The position numbers and the translations under genes are program-made. Shown here one piece after another: positions 15,301 to 25,989 of a stretch of 64,000 nucleotides of DNA. Source of the DNA: Malacoraja senta (lineage: Eukaryota); the NCBI GenBank assembly GCA_038087875.1, contig CM075978.1:180110001-180174000 (forward strand), in the 5' to 3' direction. How positions within the stretch are numbered: the stretch's first letter is position 1; the number at the start of each line of letters is the position of its first letter. The notes beneath the pieces are model-generated. The model was not told the DNA's origin. It did not search any database and saw nothing but the letters and a program-made list of their open reading frames with translations.

Positions 15301-18300
15301 GAGACTTTTAGGATTTTCATATTCAACTACAGTGAAAACCTGAAGACCACCCTCAAAACCGTCACAAAGTAATTATATGTAATGTTTACACCGTGTAGAA
15401 CAACACATGATTATCATACATTATATCTAGTGATATCACTGTTCTGATTCACCAATTATGAAGGTAAAAATAGCATTTATAGAATTCCAATAGTAAAATA
15501 TTCCTTGGATATCAGCAACTGAAAGCAAAAATGTTCATTCTATACATCTCACAAAGATAATTAAATGTGCATGCCATGCAACATTGCAACTGAAACACCA
15601 GATGTACCACATAATACAACATTGGCAGAACCCACAGTAAAATGACATGTAATCAATATCTCCCATATTTGCCTTATTAACACCATATACCTGTGTATTC
15701 ATACTTAGCGCAAGATATATCAACTGTGCTTTCCAGTTTTACACCTGCAATATCTGAGAGCCATAAACGAAAATCTTCATAAAGTATTTTCCTGGAGAGA
15801 GATAGAAGAAAATCATCTGAACAACTTAATCGATACGATACAATAAAACTTTATTCATCCCCGGAGAGAAATTGGTCTTGCAATCTCAGCTAAACCCAAG
15901 TTTGATCATGAATTCAACCAAATTTAACGACTAGGTGAAATAAAAATACAAGAGAACAATCAGCAGCTCCTAAACTCTGATAAATTATATCTCAATGCAC
16001 AATAATAAGAGAATACTGGAAATACACAGATCATATGCGAAAAACAAATTGATAAATTTTCATCAGAACTCAGGCAATTTTGGAACAATGAAAGTATTAC
16101 TTTGCAGAGATATAGTAGTTAGCTCTGGCAGATAGGGAGAGGTTAAGCAGACTAGGACTTCATTCCTCACAGGACGATGAGGGGTGATCTTATCAGGCAC
16201 GTGCCGTCAGGGTAGGCAAGGTAGGCACTGCCTACCATGACTAAAATTATAAAATGGTAATTATTAAATATAAATAGTAAAGGCATGGGAGAATTATGCC
16301 TACCTAAGAGATCGAGTAGGCATAATTCTCCCATGCCTTTCATCCGCAGTACTTGTAACACGCAAAAGCATGTGCAGCTCATGTGCTGTCGACGCTGCTT
16401 CAAGCCTTCACGACAAGGGGAGCTGAAGGCAGCTGAAATTCTGCCTTTGAATCGTGGACTGCGTACTGCGCATACGCAGCGCAAGTTTCTTGGCGGGTTT
16501 TTCAAACATTGATTACCATTATCTTAAGAGTATCTTAAGAAACAAAGAGAGAAGAGTGGAGTTCGTGTACAAATAATGCGGTAAGTAAATATCTTTGAGC
16601 TATATGTTTTTAAATACCGTATTTCCTGGCAATGAAGACGCTATTTTTTACCCAAAAATAAGACACGAAAATTTACCTGTGTCTTGGAGGCCAAAGGTTA
16701 GGTTGTTAGCCAAGAAAGATAGACTTGGTTATCCGTCAGTACAGCAACATCTAGAATGATGTTGCTGTACTGAGGGATAGCCAAGTCTATCCCTCATTGC
16801 TGGCAGCTGATGGGTAGCGGCCGTAAAGTGGGAAGTGGCTGTAAAAGGACAGCGCTGCGGGGGGGGTGAAGAGTTCCCTTCACAGCGTGTGGGGAGTCTG
16901 GCCAGTGGTAAAGTTGCGGGGAGGTCAGGAGCGTTGAGAAGGCGGGGGTCGGGGATCATGCCAGAAACTCACTCATTCACCGCTGCCGCGATGCTCCATG
17001 CGTGGAGCCACCGCATTGTGGCCGGGGAGGGAAGTAGCTCGGGTGGCTGCGAGTGGCCGCCGGGACAGGACAGCGGAACCAGCCACCACCTCAGTGCCTT
17101 CTGCTGGCCCGCTCACCTCTGGCAGTGCTCTCCGTCTGAACATCTCTCACCTGCTGCTCACCGGCCGCTTCCCGCAAATCCTTAAATTCCAACGGCCACC
17201 GGGAGCAGGATATGGCCTCACTTGCTGTGCTGGGTGACACTGCATGGCATTCACTGCCTGGTCCATGTCTTTCAATGTAGACCGGACAGTGAGGGGACCA
17301 GCTCAAGAGCGGGTCAGTGGGCAATGGATAACAGGACAGCGGGTGGTGGAGCTTACTCCTGTGTCAGCGCGAGTAACCTCAATTGGTCCCTTGATCGCGC
17401 TGACACAGGAGTAAGCTCCACTGCCCGCTGTCCTGTTATCCATCGCCCGCTGGCTCGCTCTGGACCTCTCCACCTGCCGTCACCCTCCACCCCCCACCCA
17501 TTCAGTAATTCAAAATGTAGGAGATTTGGAAGCCTTGGGCAAATTGAATTGTTACTTTCTTTATTTTTATTTTTTTGAGAAAATGCATGTCCCTACTTTC
17601 AAAATTTGAAATGCCTACTTTCAAAATTTTGCAACTCAAAATGGGGCGGCGTCTTCGACGCAGGTGCATCTTCATCGCCAGGAAATACGGTACTTTATTA
17701 GGAGATATGGCTTTTGAAGACTTTATAAAAGTCGACTGACAGCTTACGGAGAGGACAGCAATCTGCGTATGTGCGGTTTAAGATTTTTTTAAAGCCGACT
17801 GACTGAGTAATTACTCACGGCACGTGCCTGGATCTTATAAAGGCGTACAAGATAATGAGGGGAATAGATAAGGTGAATGCACAGAGTCCTTTACCCAAAG
17901 TAAGGGAACCAAGACAAGAGGATGTAGGTTTAAGGTGAGAGAAGAAAGATTCAATAGGAATCTGAGAGGCAACTTTTTAAAGTATCACGTAGTGTCCACA
18001 AGAGGATAAGCTGTGGTTTCATAGTAACTCGCCTTAGTGCTGAGATATGGTACCCCTTCCTCCTCCTGAGGTCATCTGACTATCAGGAAACAAAAGACAA
18101 CATTAACATCCAGCAAAATCAATCATTCCCAACTATATATTTACATCTAGACCTGTTCCTTTAATAGCGTCATTTATTTTCCGCTACTAAAACCTTAGCT
18201 CTGAATATTCACCTGGAACTTCATTCCGTCAGCTCAATCAGAATAGCTTAATTTAGTTTAGAGATACAGCATAGAAACAGGCCCTTCGGCCCACCTAATC

Positions 18301-21300
18301 CGCGCCAGCCAACTAGTACACTAGTTCTAACTTACACACTAAAGGGCCTGTCCCACTTACGTGTCCTTGGCATGCAAATTACGCGACCTCATGGTCGCGT
18401 TGAGCCTTGATGGTCCTGCGAAGGTCGGGCGCGATTTCATGCGTACACGCAGCCATCTGGAGCGCGTGACGTCATTTGAAGATGGACACAAAGCTGGAGT
18501 AACTCAGCTGGACCGGCAGCATCTCTGGAGAGAAGTAATGGGTGACGTTTCATGTCGAGACTCTTCCTCAGTCTGAAAAGAAGGGTCTTGACCCGAAACG
18601 TCACCTATTCCTTCTCTCCAGAGATGCTGCCGGTCCCGCTGGATTACTCCTGCATTTTGTGTCTATCTTCAATTTTCTTGGCCCCCCTCTTGGAGTAGAA
18701 GTGGGGGCGGATCCGGACCGCAACGGCTGTGAGCCCCAGGCCGAGTTCGTCGACCGTTTGCCTGCTTCTGCTGCTGTTGAAGGTGAGACGTTGTGTCGCG
18801 ACAGGGTCTTGGGCCTGTCCCACGTTGGCCGTCAGTTCCGCGACAGGCCGTTGGCGCACAAAGATTTTGTTCACTACAAAGATTTCGGAGCCCCGCGCGA
18901 TGTCGCACACAACTACATACCCCTCCGCGCTTCTAAGTGGGACCAGCCCGGCCCAGCCATACGATGCCCGTACGCCTCAACGCGACGACGAGGTCGCGTA
19001 ATTTGCGTGCCAAGGACACGTAAGTGGGACAGGCCTTAAGGACAGTTTACAGAATTAAATTAACCTACAAACCCGCACGTCTTTGGAATGTGGGAGAAAA
19101 CCAGAGCACCCAGAGAAAACCCACGCGGTCACAGGGAGAACGTACAAACTCCATACAGAGAGCAACTATATCCAGGATCAACCCTTGGTCTCTGGTGCTG
19201 TGAGGCAGCGACTCTACCACTGCGCCACCTTTACATATTTACATTCTAAATTTCATCTCATCACTTCTATCCCATACACCATTGTATGGGATCAGCTGTG
19301 GTTTCCACTCTCCAATTTACTTTCAATAATTTAATACAATCTTTCAAATTATATTTAAACAATGTCTGTATAATCTTGTCTCTATTAAGAAACTAAAATG
19401 CCAGCAAACATTGTAACTGGAATTTAACGTGATTGTGAAATACCACTTTGTCAAGTCACTGCAAACTTCACATTGTGCACATTTCAGAGTTTCTGTTATA
19501 CAATCATCACCTCAGCTTTGCCATTCCAAGAATTCTGCATAAAGATTTTCTGAAATTACAACAAAGGCTAAAGTATTAATGTGGTAATTGGGCTGCAGGG
19601 TTTTGAAAATAACTAAAATGATGCAAAAATCCTTTTGTAAATGAAAATTACTTAACTCCTTCTTTCTTTCATTCTATCCCTTTGCCTGTTCTCTTGTTCA
19701 CATTGTGCGAACAGTCCATTTGCTAGCGATAGAACCCCAACGTCTATACCCTTCTTAAGAAGCTGTTCATGATATGCATGCTGGGCTCATTCAAAGCAAG
19801 GAAATTAGTATCACTACAGCATAGTTTCATTAGCATGCATATACTGTATCTTCGAATAGCCTTCCTCACTATCCCTGTCCTTTTAGTGTTACGAATTTCA
19901 TTTTGTTCTCTCTCCAACCAACCCTTTCATTTGTTCTCTGCAAAACTGCTTCTCACCTGCTTAAATTTATAAAGATCGTTGGATTTTTCATGAAAGTTTA
20001 GTTGCAGAAGGTCATTTTGAAGTCCTGTCAAGAATGACCGACTCTGTATAAAGTCTGGTATCACACAGTGTGTGAATGGCTGAGTGCTGACCTGCAGACC
20101 CAGTTCTGTAAAGGAAGGCAGAAAGGCACAGGTAAACTTGTCAAGAAGCATTTATGCTGCAATAAATTAGACGCATGTTTCTCTTACAGTTTCTTAACAA
20201 AAATAAAGAGGAATTCTGATGATTATAATCTCTGAACAGAAAAAAAGGAACATATTTGTAGACTGCCAAAACTATTAATTACTGCAGTATTGGTTCAACT
20301 TACATTGCAGGTCTCATTGTCACTTGCGGGCGGAGCACCAAGGCAAATTCATTGTATGTGAATACTTGGCCAATAAACTTATTCATTCATAACACTAGTC
20401 ACCCTCCAGTCGTCTGGCACCTCACCTGTGTCTAATGATGACAAGACTTCAGCTTCCCAGTGTTCTTGGATTTATTAGATGAGATGGTAGATTCATCTAT
20501 CTTTGTACATTTATGGACTTTCAGTACTTGCTCAACTCTGACATTCTCAGTCTATCCTCAAAATATCTCCATCAACTTCTCCCAAGTTCCCCAGTCTTTA
20601 TGTCTTTCTCTGTCGTAAAAACAGAAGATAAATATTCATGGAGAACCTTTCCCATCTCATGCACTTCCACACATTGATGACCACTTTGGTTTCTGAGTGG
20701 CCCCATTCTCTCTCTAGTTACCCTTTTCCCCATAATATACTCACCCTTAAGCCTGTATACATCCACCACATGCGTACAGCCTACAATGCCATCAAAAATG
20801 AAGAATTTCACATATTTCAATGACATCACACCTCATATCTCCAAAACTAAGACAGTAGAATTGCAGACCATATACTCATTCCTCATCTGACAAACCTGCT
20901 GCTTTAAATTTAGTGAACCTTTACTGCAAACCTTTTGTCACAAGTATAACCTTTCTTAAGCAAAGACATGAGAAATATACACATTACAGCTGTGGCCTCA
21001 AAATAACCCTGCATAAATATAGCAAGGTATCCCTACTCATTCCCTCAAATTCTTTTGCAATAAAGGCCAACATTGCACTGGCCTATTTGCATTCATGTAT
21101 CCAGCCAACCAAGTCCCTCAAAATACCAAACACTTCCATTTCTCAGTCCACAAAATATTCCGCCTTTCTATCTTTTCTACTAAAGTGGATGATCCGCCTG
21201 TACATCATCCATATCCCTCCATTCCCTGCACTTCCTTGTGCCTATCTAAAAGCTTCTTAAACACCACTGTTATTTGCCTCCACCACCACCCCTGGCAGCA

Positions 21301-23315
21301 CAATGCAAGCTCCCACTACTCTCAGTGTAAAAAACATGCCCCACATATCTCCATTAAACTTTCTCCCACATTACAGTTATGCGCTCTCGTGTTCGATATT
21401 TCCACCCTTGGAAAAAGGTTCTGTCTTCCCTATCTTTGCCTCTCCTAATTTTATATACTTTTATCAAGTTTTCCCTCAACTTCCAACATTACAAAGAAAA
21501 CAAACCAATCACTCCTTGTAGCTGAAACCCTCTAATCTAGGAAGCATTCTCGTAAACCTCCTCTGCACCCTCTCCAAAGCCTCCACATCTTTCCTGTAAT
21601 GGGGCAACTAGAACTGTATGCATTATTCCAAATGTAGCATAACCAAGGTCATATAGAGCTGCTTCATGGCTTCTAACTCTTATATTCAATCCCCCTAGCA
21701 ATGGGGACAAGCATGCTATATGCCTTCTTTATCACCCTATCTACTTGTGCTGCCACCTTCAGTGAATTATGACCTTGGACTCCAAGATCCCTCTGCAAAT
21801 CAAAGCTGTTAAGAGTCTTGCTATTAACTGTATACTGATCCCTTATATTCAACCTCCCAAAGTGCAACACCTCAAATTTACTCGGGTTAAACTCCATCTG
21901 CCATTTCTCCGCTAGTGAATATCTTGCTGTATCTTCTAATAGCCTTCCTCACTATCCGCAACTCCACTGCGTTACTCCAGCAGTGTTTTGCTCAAGATTC
22001 TTTGATAGATTTGCACATTAGATCCTAAGAAGCTTTCCGCTTATTTGAAAATCCAGAGTTAGTAGAGGAGCAAGCAAAACAAGGAACTGTCTGTTAAGGA
22101 CTGAGTGATGACAGATTATGTTTGCCACAAATATTGTGGGCTGAATGGTCTGTCCCTGTACTGTACTTTTCTATGTCTATTCCATGATTAAGTCTGTTAT
22201 AAATCTTTTGGAATTCTCTACCCCTGAGAAACAGGGATCTCCAGTCTTCGAACATATGAACATTTGAGATTAATATATTTTTAGACACTAAGGCGATCAG
22301 AGAATATATATCCACCTGTCACATGCCAGGCGTTGTTCCACCTCTCTTTTCCAGTTTTCTTCCCCCTACTCGTCTCCAATCAATCTGAAATTTCCCGCCA
22401 TTGAATTCCTCCAGCACTTTGTCTTTTGCTGAAGATTCCAACATCTGCAGTTTCTTGTGTCTCCAGAGAATATACAGCCATGCTCATAAGATTCAATGAA
22501 GCTGTCACGTCTTGTCTACTGTTGCTTCTATTTCTTATATTATTTTATTTCCACCGCACTGATGTCAGGCCACATTTGGTGCTCAAATATTGTAATGGAA
22601 TTCGACTGATGCAAGAGTGAGTCACATTGACACTTGAATTGTGTCTCCATTCTCAACATTCATGCCTTACCCGGTACGATCCCCGCTGAAGTTAGACACA
22701 AAATGCTGGAGTAACTCAGCAGGACAGGCAACAGTCCCGCTGGGTAGCATTTTGTGTCTACCTTCGGTGTAAACCGCTATCTGCAGTTCCTTCCTACACA
22801 TTTCTCCAGTCTGCTCCAGTGCGAAATCTCCTCAAGCCAAGGTATGTCGACTTTGAAGAAGTTCTCCTCTCTCCGACGAGTTCTCCTCTCTCCTCTCTCC
22901 GCTCTCTCTCGCTGCTCCCCCTCTTTGATCCTTCCGTATCTCTAGTTTCCCTTTGGTTTGCCTCTCCCCTGACTCTCAGTCTGAATAAGGGTCTCGACCC
23001 GAAACCTCACCCATTCCTTCTCTCCAGAGATGGTGCCTGTCCCGCTGAGTTACTCCAGCATTTTGTGTCTGTCTACGGTGTTAACCAGCATCTGCAGTTC
23101 CTTCCTACACACGACCCCCGCCCGGCTCTCTCCAATGGACCGGGCCCGATACACTTCTCCTCACCATGCGAGTACTCTAACCCTCTGCTCCAGGCCTCGC
23201 TCACTCGCTCCTTCGCTTCCAGCAACAGCGGGTTGAGTTCCGCAATCTCCCTCTTCAGCTGTCTTTTCCTTCCGCGACCATTTTCCGACTCAGTCCGAAG
23301 CCTCTTCGAGCTCAT
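179..23315 (-). CDS. OGFOD1: Prolyl 3-hydroxylase OGFOD1, 13 coding exons, 1638 nt / 545 aa
   Basis: Exons 23165-23315, 19957-20105, 18033-18079, 15691-15791, 13588-13704, 11502-11593, 10007-10132, 8279-8392, 6654-6733, 5730-6040, 1879-2007, 1657-1715 and 179-340 join in frame with AG acceptors and GT donors (one GC). They encode the OGFOD1 motifs [58 protein letters not shown] and the C-terminus [10 protein letters not shown]. Confidence 0.97.
1657..1715 (-). CDS. OGFOD1: OGFOD1 exon 12 ([19 protein letters not shown])
   Basis: 59 nt, canonical splice sites. Confidence 0.95.
1879..2007 (-). CDS. OGFOD1: OGFOD1 exon 11 ([23 protein letters not shown]...CGCE)
   Basis: 129 nt, ttttcag acceptor, G|GTAAAT donor. 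Confidence 0.93.
2411..3318. mobile_element. Foldback/TIR element with ~31-bp internal tandem repeats, interrupted by an assembly gap
   Basis: 2411-2600 is the reverse complement of 3146-3318; the unit aactaaccgaaag...cgcctaaa is repeated in both arms. Confidence 0.7.
2985..3145. other. Assembly gap (N run)
   Basis: 161 N after a CT-rich tract. Confidence 1.
3650..5640 (+). mobile_element. 5'-truncated Rex1/Babar-like non-LTR retrotransposon (RT with frameshifts and a stop)
   Basis: [47 protein letters not shown]; (TTAC)n tail at 5621-5640; in OGFOD1 intron 10. Confidence 0.9.
5730..6040 (-). CDS. OGFOD1: OGFOD1 exon 10 (CYDQ...[14 protein letters not shown] plus acidic linker)
   Basis: 311 nt, TAG acceptor, A|GTAAGA donor. 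Confidence 0.92.
6654..6733 (-). CDS. OGFOD1: OGFOD1 exon 9 ([11 protein letters not shown]...RGPANKR)
   Basis: 80 nt, phase 0 in and 2 out; GPxNKR motif. Confidence 0.9.
8279..8392 (-). CDS. OGFOD1: OGFOD1 exon 8 ([14 protein letters not shown]...[10 protein letters not shown])
   Basis: 114 nt, CAG acceptor, AAG|GTAAGT donor. Confidence 0.95.
10007..10132 (-). CDS. OGFOD1: OGFOD1 exon 7 ([21 protein letters not shown]...)
   Basis: 126 nt, phase 0/0, RxS 2-oxoglutarate-binding motif. Confidence 0.95.
10183..10696. mobile_element. Tc1/mariner-type MITE with an internal ~110-bp direct duplication
   Basis: TA-CAGGTC(T/C)AC ... GTGGACCTG termini; ggaaccrgcagatc..tcccatagctgacttcc occurs twice. 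Confidence 0.6.
11502..11593 (-). CDS. OGFOD1: OGFOD1 exon 6 ([30 protein letters not shown])
   Basis: 92 nt, canonical splice sites, distal His ligand region. Confidence 0.95.
13588..13704 (-). CDS. OGFOD1: OGFOD1 exon 5 ([20 protein letters not shown]...; HxD iron ligands)
   Basis: 117 nt, canonical splice sites, catalytic HxD motif. Confidence 0.97.
13918..14240 (-). mobile_element. 3' end of a Rex1/L2-type LINE with (CAATT)n tail
   Basis: Microsatellite tail followed by RT C-terminal-like sequence (aagaagctgttcctcatcctg...cgcctccctgatggg). Confidence 0.6.
15691..15791 (-). CDS. OGFOD1: OGFOD1 exon 4 ([16 protein letters not shown]...[10 protein letters not shown])
   Basis: 101 nt, canonical splice sites, peptide match. 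Confidence 0.95.
16194..17830. mobile_element. Non-autonomous hAT-like element with an 8-bp TSD, inserted into a CR1 fragment
   Basis: TIR CAGGCACGTGCCGT / ACGGCACGTGCCTG; TSD GATCTTAT at 16186-16193 and 17831-17838; flanks rejoin as CR1 (RMRGDLI..YKIMRG). Confidence 0.85.
16617..17690. mobile_element. Tc2/pogo-like MITE nested in the hAT element
   Basis: TA-CCGTATTTCCTGGC.ATGAAGA.GC and its reverse complement GCATCTTCATCGCCAGGAAATACGG-TA. Confidence 0.85.
18033..18079 (-). CDS. OGFOD1: OGFOD1 exon 3 ([15 protein letters not shown])
   Basis: 47 nt, TAG acceptor, non-canonical AAG|GCGAGT donor; keeps frame with exon 4. Confidence 0.88.
18343..19036. mobile_element. PIF/Harbinger-type MITE with TAA TSD
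   Basis: TIR of about 45 bp AGG(G)CCTGTCCCACTTACGTGTCCTTGGCAyGCAAATTACGCGACCTC; TAA at 18340-42 and 19037-39. Confidence 0.85.
18490..18672. mobile_element. Inverted pair of Penelope-like pLTR fragments with degenerate hammerhead cores
   Basis: Palindrome ggtgacgtttc...cttcctcag|tctgaaaagaagggtcttgacccgaaacgtcacc (18541-18605); CTGA.GA...GAAAC core on both strands. Confidence 0.6.
19957..20105 (-). CDS. OGFOD1: OGFOD1 exon 2 (...[12 protein letters not shown]...[13 protein letters not shown])
   Basis: CAG acceptor, CAG|GTGAGA donor; peptide matches OGFOD1. Confidence 0.95.
20320..20390 (+). mobile_element. Rex1-family 3' UTR fragment with (ATTC)n tail
   Basis: Near-identical to 5565-5625 (gggcggagcaccaaggcaaattc.ttgtatgtgaatacttggccaataaactt). 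Confidence 0.75.
20500..21960 (-). mobile_element. Old CR1 LINE fragments
   Basis: [45 protein letters not shown] in ORF 21673-21897. Confidence 0.75.
22690..23110. mobile_element. Penelope-like pLTR fragments in OGFOD1 intron 1
   Basis: ctgaataagggtctcgacccgaaacctcacc...gctgagttactccagcattttgtgtct at 22981-23075; partial inverted copy at 22704-22765. Confidence 0.6.
23165..23315 (-). CDS. OGFOD1: OGFOD1 exon 1 ([11 protein letters not shown]...[13 protein letters not shown])
   Basis: ATG at 23315-23313; basic N-terminus and EAWSR motif; G|GTGAGG donor, phase 1. Confidence 0.9.
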
Positions 23316-23369
23316 CCCAGTTCAGCTGCACCTTTTTCAACCTTAATAACTCCAGGGTGTTCTTCTTCA

Positions 23370-23480
23370 ATGGAAACTACACTACCCGGCAGAACCCGCC
23401 GTGCCGCAAAGTCGGATGATTCCCGAAACAGCGCCGCTGAAAGGTCAGATGCTGTTGCAACTACTCAGAATGCACCTTCT
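23370..23480. promoter_or_regulatory. OGFOD1 proximal promoter with ZNF143/SBS-like motifs
   Basis: CpG-rich; ACTACActaCCCggcaga at about 23376 and TACTCAGAATGCAC at about 23463, 60-160 bp upstream of the ATG. Confidence 0.5.
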
Positions 23481-24029
23481 GTGCTGGTTTTGCCCACATG
23501 TGGCCAATGGCAACTGCGCCGCAGATCGCCGAGCAATTGGATCGATACAATAGTACCCTTCCAGTGGTAGTAATGAAGGGAATGGAAGAAAATTCTGATA
23601 AGAATCGTGACCATTCTGCAAGAAAACGTTATATAAAATCGGAATTTAGATTCATGACAAAATATTGTAAATGCTTGAAATCTGCATTAAAACAGAAAAT
23701 ACTGCAAATAATGTTGTCACTTCAACTGATAATGAAGACTGCTCAATTAATCTAATCCACAAGAGAGATCTAGCTGAACTAAGCTCTTTTTTTTCATATC
23801 CTCTAATGCCACTCCATTAATATCAGATTTTAAACTGTCAATCGAATTAATATCGACTGCTTTTCAGGAAAGAATTCCAGACCATGTTCCAAAGAATATT
23901 TATTGCGTTTCCTTCTGAATGACCAGTTCCTACTTAAAAATTACAAAATCTTCGAAACGAGGTCCCCTGCAAGAAAACCCAACTCTTTAGTTAAACAAGG
24001 GTTGTATTTAGAATCCTAAAAGGTCTCAA

Positions 24030-24500
24030 ATATCTCATGCTTTTTGCTCTACGTCCTTATTTTCCACCCCACCACTCTCCGGATTCAGCAAATCATTCTT
24101 CACAATTGCCACCTCATTCAACAAGGTTCACCTTACACATTTTTGCATTCCCTTCTCGCTATTACAAAATAATACTTCCCGTCATGTCTCCCTGATCCAT
24201 TCTGCCGTCTCCATCAACCTCTCCTCTCGGTGCAATTTTCCATGGAATCACAGGTGATGCAATATCTCTCGAGTTACCTCATCTCTTCACGAAAGAAAGG
24301 GAACATAGCACCCCTTTCTGATGAAGCAGAAATTCACTTTAACTTTTTACAAGCGAATGTACTGTATTTCATGCCTCCCCTACATTATGGAAACAGAATG
24401 CAGTTTGCGTGATTGCTTTGTGGAGCATCTGTATTCAGTCCATAAGGACAAATGTTGGCTTTCATTTGGCGACTACTTTAATTCTCCATCACCTTCTAAT
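24030..24500 (+). mobile_element. Decayed Penelope-like element, GIY-YIG region
   Basis: Degenerate QKFTxTxxNVLYCIxC..YIMETECxLRDCFVEHL..V peptide. Confidence 0.55.
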
Positions 24501-25989
24501 TAATTCATAACTAAGAGTTAGATATAGCTCCTATGGCCAACGGAATCAAGAGTAATGGGGAGAAAAGAGGAACGGGGTACTGATTTTGGATGATCAGCCA
24601 TGATCATTTTGAATGGCGGGCTGGCTCGAAGGGCCGAATGGCCTAATATTTTCTGCACCTATTCTCTATGTTTCTATGCTTCATTCATATTGCATCATTA
24701 ACATGCATTTCGCTGCTTATATCGTCCTTTTAGTTTCTTCCTCTCCAACCATCTGGATAGCATCAACCGGATAGCTTCATAAACGTGGAATCGCCTGGAC
24801 AAAGCTGCCTCACACTTCAGAGATATTTACATTGCCCTCGGCTCCTTTCTCCCTCCTTCTCTTGAACTAACTTGTTTACTCACGTTCCCAATTTCACAGA
24901 AGTTACAACCCAAAACATATCCTCTGTTTCTCTTTGAGCAACTATTCGCTGACTGCTGAATGTTTACAGTCTTTTCTGCTTTTATTTCAAGGAATAATGC
25001 ATAGTTCACAATTTAGTTCTTAAAAATTAAGCTAAAATGTAATTACACACAACACTCCATCTATCTAATAGTTTAGAGGGTGGGAGCCACAATTATACAC
25101 ACACCAGCCCTCATTTTGTGCAACTATGCTTTGCATTACTGTCAAATGACTGCCCACTCATTATATTACCTGATTGTATCCAGATAAAATCCATTTTATT
25201 TACATCTGTTAAATCCTGAAAAAAGTGATGTTACCAAGTTGGCTAAGAAGATTGATGTTCTTCCAAGACTTAATACTGAACAGCATGTTGAAGTACATTT
25301 GCTGTATGAATGCCCTAGTGCAAGAAGATGGCTACATGTCAACTTCCAAGGGACAGTTAGACATGACAACAAAACACACATTCTGAAAAATAAAATAAAA
25401 TAAATTAAATTCACGAATTTAGATTAGCAACAAACTAGCATCTATTTTTATTACTGAACTTTTACAGCCCTCCTAAGTACAAAACATCAAAAGTTCACTG
25501 CTTTCAGGGAAATAAATATTTTCTCATCTCTGTCTTCAATAACTGACCTTATCTTTTGAGAACATGGCTCCTCATCTTAGACACCCCCACGACAGGACAT
25601 CTTCTTTATGCAAGTACTGTGACAAACATCCAGGAATGTTTGTTAATCCATACAAGTCCATTACCCCCCAACATCATATGCCTGAAGATTCAACTCGTAT
25701 ACCGATCAGCATTACTGATGTCAATTAATACATTTGAGTACTTTTTCTTTTACATTTTCAGGAAATGTTACAGGAATAGGTAAGGGGAAAATAGATGGAT
25801 GGCTGAGAGAAAAAGTAACACAAAGTCCTGCCAGTGTATCTATGTGTAGGCCTTCGTGTACGCATAAAATAGGCATGTAGGTGTTTTTTCCGCACATTTG
25901 TGTGCACCTCTAGGTCACCTGCTTTGTGTCAATGATGTGTGCACAACACAGAACACACTCTGTTCATCCAGTGCCTGTGTGCTTGATCA

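Larger units (their letters stand above)
18250..19229 (-). mobile_element. HE1-like tRNA-derived V-SINE split by a Harbinger MITE
   Basis: tRNA-like head at about 19170-19229, central domain, tail (aaact)n at about 18250; the halves rejoin across 18343-19036. Confidence 0.8.

Noticed and set aside
25220-25390. Plus-strand HVEVHLLYECPSARRW as a retrotransposon zinc-binding motif
   Set aside because: Isolated, with no flanking RT sequence recognised.
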